From: Myxococcota bacterium
GTDB lineage: Bacteria > Myxococcota_A > UBA9160 > UBA6930
DNA length: 64,000 nucleotides
Direction of reading: 5' to 3'
Assembly (NCBI GenBank): GCA_965223415.1
Contig: OZ245002.1
Span: 3,104,001 to 3,168,000 of the forward strand
The translations under genes and the position numbers were made by a program. This document shows positions 37,460 through 45,379 of this stretch, one piece after another. How positions within the stretch are numbered: position 1 is the first letter of the stretch; each line of letters opens with the position of its first letter. The notes below the pieces were generated by a model that was not told the origin of the DNA, did not search any database, and saw only the letters and a program-made list of their open reading frames with translations.

Positions 37460-39997
37460 TCAGCGCATCGCCGTCTGGATCCGCGGCACGAAGAAGAACT
37501 CGCCGGGCTCCGCGTCGCCGTGCTTCATCTCCCGGTACTCGGGCACCTGGTCGTAGGGGATCATCGACTTCGCCCGGTAGGACACGCGGGCCGCCACGGC
37601 CTGGTGGAGCTGGCTGCCCCACATGATCTGGTTGTTGGCGCGCAGCACCGAGAGCAGCGCCTCCGCGAAGATCGAGTGCCGGCCGCCGCCGCCGTCGGGG
37701 ATCGGGATCAGCCCGCCCGCGGTGAGCGCCATCCGCACCCGCCGCTTGGCCATGGTGGACATCCAGTGGAGGCGCTCCTTCGAGGTGCGCGCGCCCTCGA
37801 TGGAGATGGCGACGTTGCGGGTGATCACGCCCGAGTAGCAGGAATCGGCCACGATCAGCACGTGCTTCGCGTTCATGGCGCCGACCTGGCGGGTCATCTC
37901 GTCGGTCGAGAGCCACAGCGCCGGGTTGTCGTGCTCCGCGTCGACGGGCAGCCAGTAGCCGCTGTGGGAGCCCTCGTCCAGGTGACCGTGGCCCGCGTAG
38001 TAGACCAGCAGGTTGTCCTTCGAGGTGAGCTTCTTGCGCAGCTGGGCCAGGGCCGTCATCAGCTGGTAGCGGTCGGCATCGAGGAGCGTCGTCACCTCGA
38101 AGCCGTAGCGGTTCGTGAGCACCTGGCCGATCTCCCGCGCGTCGGCGTGGGGTGTCTCCAGGTCGGGCATGTGCGCGTAGTTCTGGTTGCCGATCACGAG
38201 CGCGTGGTAGCTGCCGAACTCGATGCCCGGCGAATCGTCCGGCGGCGGCGCGGCCACCGGCGGGAGCCCGCGCCGCACGACGAAGCTGCGGCTCGACTGC
38301 TTGCCCTGCCGGTCGATCGCCACCAGGGTGACCCGCGTGCCCTCGTCGCCCACCTTCACGACGGGCCGGAACACCAGGCTCTCGTCGGTCTCGACCGGCT
38401 CGCCGTTCAGGGTCAGCGCCTCGAGGCCGGCGGGCGCGATCACCTGGCCGACGATCCGGCGCTCGGCCTCCTCGGCGGTCACCGATTCCTCGCCCCGGGA
38501 GGCCAGCGGCGGAAGCTGGGGATCGACCACGTGGATGGTCGGGCCGGCGATGTCGAGCTTCACCTGGCGCTCGGCTTCGGCGAGCTCCTGCTGGCGGCGG
38601 GCCAGGGCCGCCTCCAGCTCGTCGATCTGGGAGGCGAGCGCCTCCGAGCGCTGGGTCAGGCCCGCGAGGCGCTCTTCCTCGCTGCGGATCTCGGAAGCCC
38701 GCGCGGCGAGCTGCTCCTCCAGCGCGGCGAGCTCGCCGGTCCGGCCCTCGAGCTGCGCCGCCTGCTCCTCCGAGCGGCTCGCCAGGCCCTCGAAGCGCTC
38801 GCGCTCCTGGGCCAGCGCCTCGCGCTCGGCGGCCACGCCGCTGCGCTCCTCCTCGAGGGCGGCACGCTGGCCGTCGAGCTCGGCGCGGGCATCTTCCAGG
38901 GCCTTGCGATCGGCGTCGGTCTGCTGGGAGCGGGCGAAGCGCGCCTCGGCCTCGGCCTCGCGCTCCGTCACGCCGAGCAGCCGGTCGCTCGCAGCGCGAT
39001 CGCGCTCCGCCAGCCGGGCCTGCTCCCGGTCGAGCTCGGCGGCGCGCTCGCGAAGCGCCTGCTTCTCCTGGCGCAGCGATTCCTCCCGGGCGGCCAGGTA
39101 GCTGCGGTCATCCTCGAGCTTGGCGCGATCCCGGTCGAGCTCGCGCCGCTCGCTCTCGATCCCCGCGCGGTCGGCGGCCAGGTCGCCAGCGCCGGTGGCG
39201 GGCGCCTCGCCTTGCGAGGTCGGAGCCTCCGTCAAGCCAGCGAGCTCCTTCTCGAGCCGGCGCACGTCGAGGCGCAGGCGATCCGCCTCGTGCTTGCTCT
39301 CGGAGAGCTGGCTCTCGAGCTGGCTCACGTCCGTGCCGGCCCCTGGCGCCATCACGACGCGGCCTTCCAGCTCGTCGATCCCGTAGGAGTCGAGGTAGAG
39401 GCCGAGGGCGCGCTTCGGGTCCCGCGCGACGCCCAGCCCGCGTTCGTGGAGCCGCGCCAGGGCGCGCTTCGCCTGCCGGTGCCCCTGGCCCGCCGCGCGC
39501 TCGTACCAGCCGGCGGCCTGCCCGTAGTCGGGCGGCGTGCCGAGCCCCTGCTCGTAGATCTCGCCCGCGTAGTACTGGGCCGTCGGGTCGCCCTGCTCCG
39601 CGCGCTCGGTCCAGAACGCCAGCCGCTCCGAGTAGCCGGCCGGATCGTAGGCGACGTACTCTCCGCCGCGGATCTCGCAGTCGAGCTGGCTCGTGCTCAC
39701 GACCCGGGGAGGTGCCACGTAGATGGCCTTGCGACCGAGCTTCCGGGTCGTGCCGCGCAAGAGGCAGTCCACGATCTTGAGCCGGTCGATCGCGGCGGCG
39801 GCCGAGGTGGCCGGGCCGGAGGAGGCGGAGGGCGTGAGCTCCAGCGCCGGCGCGGACGCGACAGACCCGCTCGCCGCCGGGGGATCCAGCGCCACGATCG
39901 AGCGGGTCGCCACCGGCTTGCCACCCGCGCAGGCCAGCAGGGCCAGGGCCGCGAGGAGCGACAGGAAGGACAGGGCGGCGGTTCGGTGCTGGGCCAT
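37460..39997 (-). CDS. Lipoprotein with Sel1-like repeats, long coiled coil and C-terminal caspase-family (C14) peptidase
   Basis: Lipobox LLAC; AQYYAGEIYEQGLG and AAGWYERAAGQG Sel1 repeats; E/R/A-rich heptad region; ALVIGNQNY, YYAGHG (His), ADSCYSG (Cys). Start 39997 chosen on the signal peptide; the frame is open to 40174. Confidence 0.88.
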   Translation of the reverse strand: MAQHRTAALSFLSLLAALALLACAGGKPVATRSIVALDPPAASGSVASAPALELTPSASSGPATSAAAAIDRLKIVDCLLRGTTRKLGRKAIYVAPPRVVSTSQLDCEIRGGEYVAYDPAGYSERLAFWTERAEQGDPTAQYYAGEIYEQGLGTPPDYGQAAGWYERAAGQGHRQAKRALARLHERGLGVARDPKRALGLYLDSYGIDELEGRVVMAPGAGTDVSQLESQLSESKHEADRLRLDVRRLEKELAGLTEAPTSQGEAPATGAGDLAADRAGIESERRELDRDRAKLEDDRSYLAAREESLRQEKQALRERAAELDREQARLAERDRAASDRLLGVTEREAEAEARFARSQQTDADRKALEDARAELDGQRAALEEERSGVAAEREALAQERERFEGLASRSEEQAAQLEGRTGELAALEEQLAARASEIRSEEERLAGLTQRSEALASQIDELEAALARRQQELAEAERQVKLDIAGPTIHVVDPQLPPLASRGEESVTAEEAERRIVGQVIAPAGLEALTLNGEPVETDESLVFRPVVKVGDEGTRVTLVAIDRQGKQSSRSFVVRRGLPPVAAPPPDDSPGIEFGSYHALVIGNQNYAHMPDLETPHADAREIGQVLTNRYGFEVTTLLDADRYQLMTALAQLRKKLTSKDNLLVYYAGHGHLDEGSHSGYWLPVDAEHDNPALWLSTDEMTRQVGAMNAKHVLIVADSCYSGVITRNVAISIEGARTSKERLHWMSTMAKRRVRMALTAGGLIPIPDGGGGRHSIFAEALLSVLRANNQIMWGSQLHQAVAARVSYRAKSMIPYDQVPEYREMKHGDAEPGEFFFVPRIQTAMR

Positions 39998-40841
39998 GAT
40001 GGTGACTCTGCTCTGGTTGGGTGCGTTCGGTTGCGTCGCGTCCCCCTCCGAGCACGCCGAGCATCGTGCCGGGGAGATGGGACTCTCCGCAAGGACCATT
40101 CGCGGGGGTCCGTTCCTCCACCGGGTCTTTGTTGCGCCGCGGACCTCCGCGGCTCGGGAGCAGGGTCGCTCCACGGGCCCCTTCGGATCACGCGGACCTG
40201 GATCACCTGCCGATCGCTTGCACGTCTATCTCGGCGGCGACGGCTCCCCCCGTGGGGCGCTACGCCATCGCCCGCCCGACCCGACGCCGCGGCAGCTCCT
40301 GGTGCTCGAGCTGATGGCCCACGACCCCAACCCGAGCCTCCTTCTGGGGCGCCCATGTTATCACGGGGTCGAGACCTGCGAGCCGGTCCACTGGACCCTG
40401 GGCCGCTACTCCGAGGCCGTCGTCGAGAGCCTGGTGGCCGCCTTCAAGCGGGTCGTGTCACCCGACCGACCGGTCGTCCTGATCGGCCACAGCGGCGGCG
40501 GCACCCTCGCGATGCTGATGGCCCCGCGGCTCCCGCAGGTGGAGGCGGTGGTGACCGTCGCCGGCAACCTGGACGTGGCGGCCTTCACGGAGCATCACGG
40601 GTTCGGGGCGTTCACGGGGTCGCTGGACCCGGCGGCGTTGCCGCCGCTGCCGGAGCGGGTGCGGCAGATGCACCTGGTCGGCGGGCGGGACGAGGTGGTT
40701 CCGCCGGCGATCGTGGAGGCGGCCATTCGGCGGCAGCCGGGAGCGCGAAGGGTCAATTCGCCGGAGAACGGGCACAACGAGGGGTGGGTGACCGTCTGGC
40801 CCAACGTTCTCGAGGTGCTCGAGGATGAGCTCGGCGGGTAG
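39996..40841 (+). CDS. Alpha/beta hydrolase, probable lipoprotein
   Basis: AFGC lipobox-like; HVYLGGDG, GRPCY, GHSGGG nucleophile, AGNLD, D.VVP, GH. Start uncertain. Confidence 0.8.
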   Translation: MMVTLLWLGAFGCVASPSEHAEHRAGEMGLSARTIRGGPFLHRVFVAPRTSAAREQGRSTGPFGSRGPGSPADRLHVYLGGDGSPRGALRHRPPDPTPRQLLVLELMAHDPNPSLLLGRPCYHGVETCEPVHWTLGRYSEAVVESLVAAFKRVVSPDRPVVLIGHSGGGTLAMLMAPRLPQVEAVVTVAGNLDVAAFTEHHGFGAFTGSLDPAALPPLPERVRQMHLVGGRDEVVPPAIVEAAIRRQPGARRVNSPENGHNEGWVTVWPNVLEVLEDELGG

Positions 40842-40888
40842 CAGCTTCATCCGGAGCGTCTCGGACGCCGAGACCGAGCAGGCCTTCG

Positions 40889-41176
40889 AGGGGTGGTGAC
40901 GGTGCTGAGCCGGCCTGCGGTGTCGTAGCCCAGGTCGACGGTCTTGCCGTCCGGGCGGGCCACCTGGGTGAGGTTCTTGTCCAGGTCGCAGGTGAAGAAG
41001 GTTCGCGGGTCGTTCGGGTCCACCGGCGGGGGGTCGTACTCGCCTTCCTGGTCGAGGAGCGTGTAGCGGAAGACGTGGGCGGGCTGGCCGGGGGGCGTGA
41101 GGCTGGTGAGGTTGCCGCGCAGGTCGTAGGTGAAGTCGATGAAGCGGCTGTCGGGCAGCGTCTGGCGCGTGACGCC
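40889..41176 (-). pseudogene. Isolated YD-repeat (RHS/teneurin-like) fragment
   Basis: FTYDLRGNLTSLTPPG, TCDLDKNLTQVARPDG, LGYDTAGRLSTVTTP; ~95 aa with unrelated flanks. Confidence 0.75.
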
Positions 41177-41513
41177 GCAGGCAATGCCGCAGACGGCACC
41201 GACCAGCCCTCCAAACAGCCGTTCCCTACGTGTCATCAGTCCTCGCAGAAGCAGCCCGTCGCGGGATCGTCCTCCTGGTAGACGACCGTGGGCCCGGCGG
41301 AGCACACGTTCGCGTGCCCTCCGAGGACGAGGAGAGGGGCAGGATGGCAGTGGCGCCGTAGCGAGCGGCATGGCCACCTAGCGAAGGGGAGCCACGCACA
41401 TTAGTCGGCGGTCGAGGAGTAGTTCAACCGCAATGAGCGGCAAACACGCTCGGATTCCGACGGAAACCGCCGGATCGCGTCAGACCTACCCCATTCGGGG
41501 GATACGATCCGCC

Positions 41514-42926
41514 CTAGAAGTCGAACCTCGCGCCGACGGTCAACGCGTACTGGTCGACGTAGCTGTCGCCGAGCCGCGTATCGAAGTCGATGAAGGCGAC
41601 CATGCCGCTGGTCAGCACCATGCTCACGCCGGCGCCGACGTTGAACACGTCGCGGTCCGGGCTCTGGGCGCGGAGGCTCAGGCGGGTGCGGTTCAGGTCG
41701 GCAGTGAAGCGGGCGTTGATCGTGCGGGAGTCGTTCTCGAACTCGTGCTCCCACTCGCCGCGCAGGTAGGGCGTGACGATGCCGCTGCCGGTCGAGATGT
41801 CGTAGCTGAGGGTCACGCCGAGGTCCGTCGTCAGGGACGTGATCGACTGGCCCTCGTAGGTGAGGTTCAGGCCCTGAGCACCGCTCTCCCGGGCGCCGTC
41901 GGTATCGACGCCGATGTAGTTCACCTGCAGGTAGGGGTCGATGCCGAGGGCGCCGCTGTCGAGGTTGGCCCCGGCGGCGACGCTCAGGCCCCACTGGTCG
42001 CCGCTCGGGTCGCTGCGCGCCGTCCGGTTCACCGTCGGGTAGACGATGCTGCGCTCGAGGCTGTAGTCCAGGTAGGAGTAGGTCGCGATCGCGTCGACGT
42101 AGAAGGCGTCCTGCTGCCAGGTGCCGTAGGCGGAGAGGCCGTAGGCGTTGCGGTCGAGCTCGCCGGCGCCCCCGTCGAAATCGTTGTCGACGCGGGAGTA
42201 GTTGAACGCCAGGCCGCCCACGAGCGGCTCGCTGAACCGGTAGTCGACACCGACCACCGCGCCGAGGGCGTCGAAGTCGAAGCCGACCTCCTCGTCCCGG
42301 CCGTCGAAGTCGCCCCAGGAGTACAGGCCGTTGCCCCAGAGCCCCCACTTGCCGAGCAGGTCCTGATCCCCCGCGGCGGACCGCTCGCGCAGGGCGCGCT
42401 CGATGTCCTCGCCCTGCAGCGAGCCCCCGTAGGCGTCCCGCAGGTCGAGGCCCGCGAACTGGATGCGCGGGCCGCCTTCGCGCAGGGCCACGAGCCGGTT
42501 GCCGATCACCTCCAGGTTGCGGATGGAGGTCTGGGTCGAGAGGGTGCCGGAGGCCGCCGCCTGGCCGTGGGCCAGGTCCTCGAGGGCCTCGTTGATCTCC
42601 GGGTCCGAGATGTCGAGCAGGCCCGGCACGACGAGCTCGCTGCAGCGATCGAAGAGGTCCTGGGTATCCGCCCCCCAGCCGCGGGTGCCGACGATCGGTG
42701 CCAGGTCGCCGCAGGTGGTGAGGACGAAGTCGCCGCTCAGGCTCTGGAGGCGGCTCTGGCCGCCGAGGGAACCCAGACTCCGCGGAGAGGGCGCCTGCCC
42801 TGCGGGAGCCCCGCCACCGCCACCGCCTCCACCACCGCCGCCCTGGCCGTAGGCCCCGCCGGCGAGGAAGATGCTCGCGATGATGAGCAGGAGCTGAATC
42901 CGGATCGCCCGCGCGCGGACCACCAT
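41514..42926 (-). CDS. Autotransporter-type outer-membrane beta-barrel with very short N-terminal domain
   Basis: Signal peptide, poly-Gly tract, short Cys-pair region, barrel motifs (WGLWGNG, GVDYRF, TPYLRGEWEHEF) and terminal Phe (ARFDF). Confidence 0.88.
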   Translation of the reverse strand: MVVRARAIRIQLLLIIASIFLAGGAYGQGGGGGGGGGGGAPAGQAPSPRSLGSLGGQSRLQSLSGDFVLTTCGDLAPIVGTRGWGADTQDLFDRCSELVVPGLLDISDPEINEALEDLAHGQAAASGTLSTQTSIRNLEVIGNRLVALREGGPRIQFAGLDLRDAYGGSLQGEDIERALRERSAAGDQDLLGKWGLWGNGLYSWGDFDGRDEEVGFDFDALGAVVGVDYRFSEPLVGGLAFNYSRVDNDFDGGAGELDRNAYGLSAYGTWQQDAFYVDAIATYSYLDYSLERSIVYPTVNRTARSDPSGDQWGLSVAAGANLDSGALGIDPYLQVNYIGVDTDGARESGAQGLNLTYEGQSITSLTTDLGVTLSYDISTGSGIVTPYLRGEWEHEFENDSRTINARFTADLNRTRLSLRAQSPDRDVFNVGAGVSMVLTSGMVAFIDFDTRLGDSYVDQYALTVGARFDF

Positions 42927-42969
42927 GTTGACCTCCCTGGGACGACCTCGGCCCGGGCCGTCGCGGGGG

Positions 42970-42999
42970 ATCCTATACCGGGGAAATCCCCAGTGTCAA
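42970..42999 (-). promoter_or_regulatory. Sigma70-like promoter of the autotransporter with a palindromic spacer
   Basis: Minus strand TTGACA-CTGGGGATTTCCCCGG-TATAGGAT; GGAGG RBS before ATG 42926. Confidence 0.65.
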
Positions 43000-43148
43000 A
43001 GGGGGTTACGTCGGATCCTGCGTGGAGATGGGGCACTCCGCCGCCAGGCCCAGTGCCCAGAGACCGGCCAGGCCGAGCCCCAGCAGGAGCCGGGTCGAGC
43101 GCTCCGCCACCAGCCCGGCGCCGTCCCTGGCGCCCGGAAGCCCCGCCG

Positions 43149-43454
43149 GGCGGCGATCTCGAGGGGCTCCTCGAGGAAGCGCTCGACGATCTGCGCCTCG
43201 CCCTCGACTCCTTGCCCCCGGACCAGGCGGACCCGCTGACCCTGCTCGGCCTCCTGCGGCCGCGCCTGGAGCGACGGGTGCGGAGCGCGTCGCTCCGTCT
43301 CGACTGGCGGGTGAGCGACGCCGGGGAGGGCCGGGGCATGGCCAATTTTCGCCACCGCGCCGAGGAGCTCGGCGCCGACCTGCGGATCGAGTCGACCGAC
43401 GCGGGGACGCGCCTGCGGATGGTCTTTCCCGGGCCTGCCGCTACCGCCCCATGA
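43149..43454 (+). pseudogene. Internally deleted remnant of a NarX-like sensor histidine kinase
   Basis: EALDDLRLALDSL...LRPRLERR...LDWRV joined directly to SDAGEGRGMANFRHRAEELGADLRIES..GT; H-box and N-box absent, no convincing start. Confidence 0.65.
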
Positions 43455-43770
43455 AGCGGAGGTGATCCTCGCCCTGGAGGTGGTCGGGCTCGACCCAGTA
43501 GTCGCCGCGAACCGCAGGCAGGAGGATGTCCCGGGCGGCCTGGTCGTCGCCGCCCAGGACCAGCCAGGCGCCCGTGCCGAGCACCGCTCCGCCCGCGGCG
43601 GTGAACGCCTTGATCGGCGTGTAGAGCAGGCTGGCGCCCACGGCGGCGATCCACCAGCCGGCGCCTTCCGTTTCGGCGGCGGCAGGCCGGGGGTGAGCGA
43701 CGAGCACGAGCGCCAGCAGGGCGGCGCAGAGGAGGCCCAGGGGCCTTCGGTTGGTTCGGAGTCGGCGCAT
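43441..43770 (-). CDS. Small exported/membrane hypothetical protein
   Basis: Signal peptide (AAA|E), Gly/Ala-rich hydrophobic hairpin, AVRGDYWVEPDHL tail; lies downstream of the repeat-protein genes. Confidence 0.7.
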   Translation of the reverse strand: MRRLRTNRRPLGLLCAALLALVLVAHPRPAAAETEGAGWWIAAVGASLLYTPIKAFTAAGGAVLGTGAWLVLGGDDQAARDILLPAVRGDYWVEPDHLQGEDHLRFMGR

Positions 43771-43820
43771 CGGAGGTCCTTCCTGTCGGGTTCGGAGGTC
43801 GGGGTTCCGAGAGAAGGGGT

Positions 43821-43851
43821 GGGCCCCGATCCCGCGAGGGGACCGGGGCCC
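43821..43851 (-). terminator. Hairpin downstream of repeat-protein copy 1
   Basis: GGGCCCCG...CGGGGCCC GC-rich stem ~25 nt after the stop. Confidence 0.5.
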
Positions 43852-43875
43852 GGGGTGGGGGAGGGAGCGGACGAG

Positions 43876-44199
43876 CTAGCGGTTGCGGCCGGAGACGGCG
43901 CCCACGGTGCCGACGTTCGACACGGCGGTCGCGCGGTTGGCCGTGGCCTTGGTCGTGATGTCCCGGCTGCGGGTCTTGATCTTGACGTCGCCCTCGAGGC
44001 GCGAACCGGCCATCACGGAACCCACGTGGGCCTCGGCGAGCGCGCGGTTGGCACTGGCCTCGGTGTAGATGTTCCGGGTCCGGGCGTCGATGTCGATGTC
44101 CTTGCTCTTGGTGAAGAGGTCGCCCAGGAAGGCCTGCGCGCTCGCGGCGTAGCCGAGGACCAGGGCGGAGGTGACGAGGATCTGGAAGAAGCGGCGCAT
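43876..44199 (-). CDS. Small secreted two-repeat protein, copy 1 (putative fibre/amyloid subunit)
   Basis: Hidden at the end of track ORF 43876..45261; own RBS AAGGAG and ATG 44199; 107 aa; signal peptide ending AQA. Confidence 0.9.
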   Translation of the reverse strand: MRRFFQILVTSALVLGYAASAQAFLGDLFTKSKDIDIDARTRNIYTEASANRALAEAHVGSVMAGSRLEGDVKIKTRSRDITTKATANRATAVSNVGTVGAVSGRNR

Positions 44200-44310
44200 G
44201 ATGTTGATCTCCTTGGATCGGTTGGGTTGAGGTGGATCGCAACGCGCGATCACGGAGAGGGGTCGCGCTGGCGCGCGCTTCGGATCACGAACCGGCAGGA
44301 AACCGTCGCC

Positions 44311-44351
44311 AAAAAAGAGAAGCGGCGCCGATCCCGGAGGATCGGCGCCGC
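44311..44351 (-). terminator. Intrinsic terminator after copy 2
   Basis: 13-bp perfect stem GCGGCGCCGATCC/GGATCGGCGCCGC followed on the minus strand by TTCTCTTTTTT. Confidence 0.85.
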
Positions 44352-44378
44352 CCTTGGGGGTCGGCTGGCGAGCGGGAG

Positions 44379-44702
44379 CTAGCGGTCGCGGCCCGAGACC
44401 GCGCCCACCACGCCCACGTTCGTCACGGCTGTCGCGTTGTTCGCGCTGGCCTTCGTCGTGATGTCGCCGGTGCGCACCTTGATCTTGACGTCGCCCTCGA
44501 GCCGGGCGCCGGCCATCACCGAACCCACGTGGGTCTCGGCGAGCGCGCGGTTGGCACTGGCCTCGGTGAAGATGTCGCCGGTGCGGGCGTCGATGTCGAT
44601 GTCCTTGCTCTTGGTGACGAGGTCGCCCAGGAAGGCGGACGCGCTGGCGGCGTAGCCCAGGACGAGGGCGGAGGTAATGAGGATCTGGAAGAAGCGGCGC
44701 AT
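44379..44702 (-). CDS. Small secreted two-repeat protein, copy 2 (diverged, 16 of 107 residues differ)
   Basis: RBS AGGAG; signal peptide ending ASA; same 10+37+37 mature layout. Confidence 0.9.
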   Translation of the reverse strand: MRRFFQILITSALVLGYAASASAFLGDLVTKSKDIDIDARTGDIFTEASANRALAETHVGSVMAGARLEGDVKIKVRTGDITTKASANNATAVTNVGVVGAVSGRDR

Positions 44703-44838
44703 GATGGTGATCTCCTAGGGATCTGAAGGGTGGATTGGATGGACCGCGGCCCTGCGGTCCATCGCTGAGGAGTCGGCGCTGGCTCTGTCTCGGATCACGC
44801 GTGACGCAGAAACGCAAGATCCGACCCCGGAATGGGAA

Positions 44839-44868
44839 GCGGCGCCGACCCCGGAGGATCGGCGCCGC
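44839..44868 (-). terminator. Hairpin after copy 3, homologous to the one after copy 2
   Basis: Same stem with one change that gives a U-G wobble on the minus-strand transcript; weak U tail. Confidence 0.65.
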
Positions 44869-44894
44869 CTTGGGGGTCGGCTGGGGAGCGGGAG

Positions 44895-45218
44895 CTAGCG
44901 GTTGCGGCCGGAGACGGCGCCCACGGTGCCGACGTTCGACACGGCGGTCGCGCGGTTGGCCGTGGCCTTGGTCGTGATGTCCCGGCTGCGGGTCTTGATC
45001 TTGACGTCGCCCTCGAGGCGCGAACCGGCCATCACGGAACCCACGTGGGCCTCGGCGAGCGCGCGGTTGGCACTGGCCTCGGTGTAGATGTTCCGGGTCC
45101 GGGCGTCGATGTCGATGTCCTTGCTCTTGGTGAAGAGGTCGCCCAGGAAGGCCTGAGCGCTCGCGGCGTAGCCGAGGACCAGGGCGGAGGTGACGAGGAT
45201 CTGGAAGAAGCGGCGCAT
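44895..45218 (-). CDS. Small secreted two-repeat protein, copy 3 (protein identical to copy 1)
   Basis: RBS AAGGAG, ATG 45218; 107 aa. Confidence 0.9.
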   Translation of the reverse strand: MRRFFQILVTSALVLGYAASAQAFLGDLFTKSKDIDIDARTRNIYTEASANRALAEAHVGSVMAGSRLEGDVKIKTRSRDITTKATANRATAVSNVGTVGAVSGRNR

Positions 45219-45379
45219 GATGTTGATCTCCTTGGATCGGTTGGGTTGAGGTGGATCGCAACGCGCGATCACGGAGAGGGGTCGCGCTGCCCCGGGGGCC
45301 GGATCACCGACCGGCAAGAAAATCCGCCCGGATCGTTGTATGAAAGGGGGCCCACGGCGGGATGGAGGGCGGAGGGTCG

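Larger units (their letters stand above)
43873..45289. repeat. ~398-bp direct repeat (43873-44270 and 44892-45289) flanking a diverged middle copy
   Basis: Offset 1019 bp; by eye one synonymous difference (GCG/GCT, Ala); identity extends ~70 bp upstream of the ATG. Confidence 0.92.

Noticed and set aside
38560..39330. SMC or tape-measure-like gene suggested by the long E/R/A-rich region
   Set aside because: It is the internal coiled coil of the Sel1-caspase protein; no ATPase motifs or phage genes.
37253..40828. Very long alternative-frame ORFs (1191 aa here; also 30104..32692, 8686..10917, 41433..43454)
   Set aside because: Antisense or shifted shadows of real genes, expected in high-GC DNA; R/G/P/A-rich with no motifs, apart from the kinase relic at the end of 41433..43454.
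41380..41513. Possible riboswitch or ncRNA in a less GC-rich spacer
   Set aside because: No recognisable consensus or convincing fold by eye; it lies downstream of a gene. An Rfam search would settle it.
42808..42845. Poly-Gly tract as a phase-variable repeat
   Set aside because: Encoded by mixed Gly codons (GGC/GGT/GGA/GGG), so it is a protein linker and not a slippage tract.
43876..45261. 461-aa ORF spanning all three repeat genes
   Set aside because: Chance open frame; only its last 107 codons are the real copy 1, which has its own RBS, and the ORF crosses two terminator hairpins.
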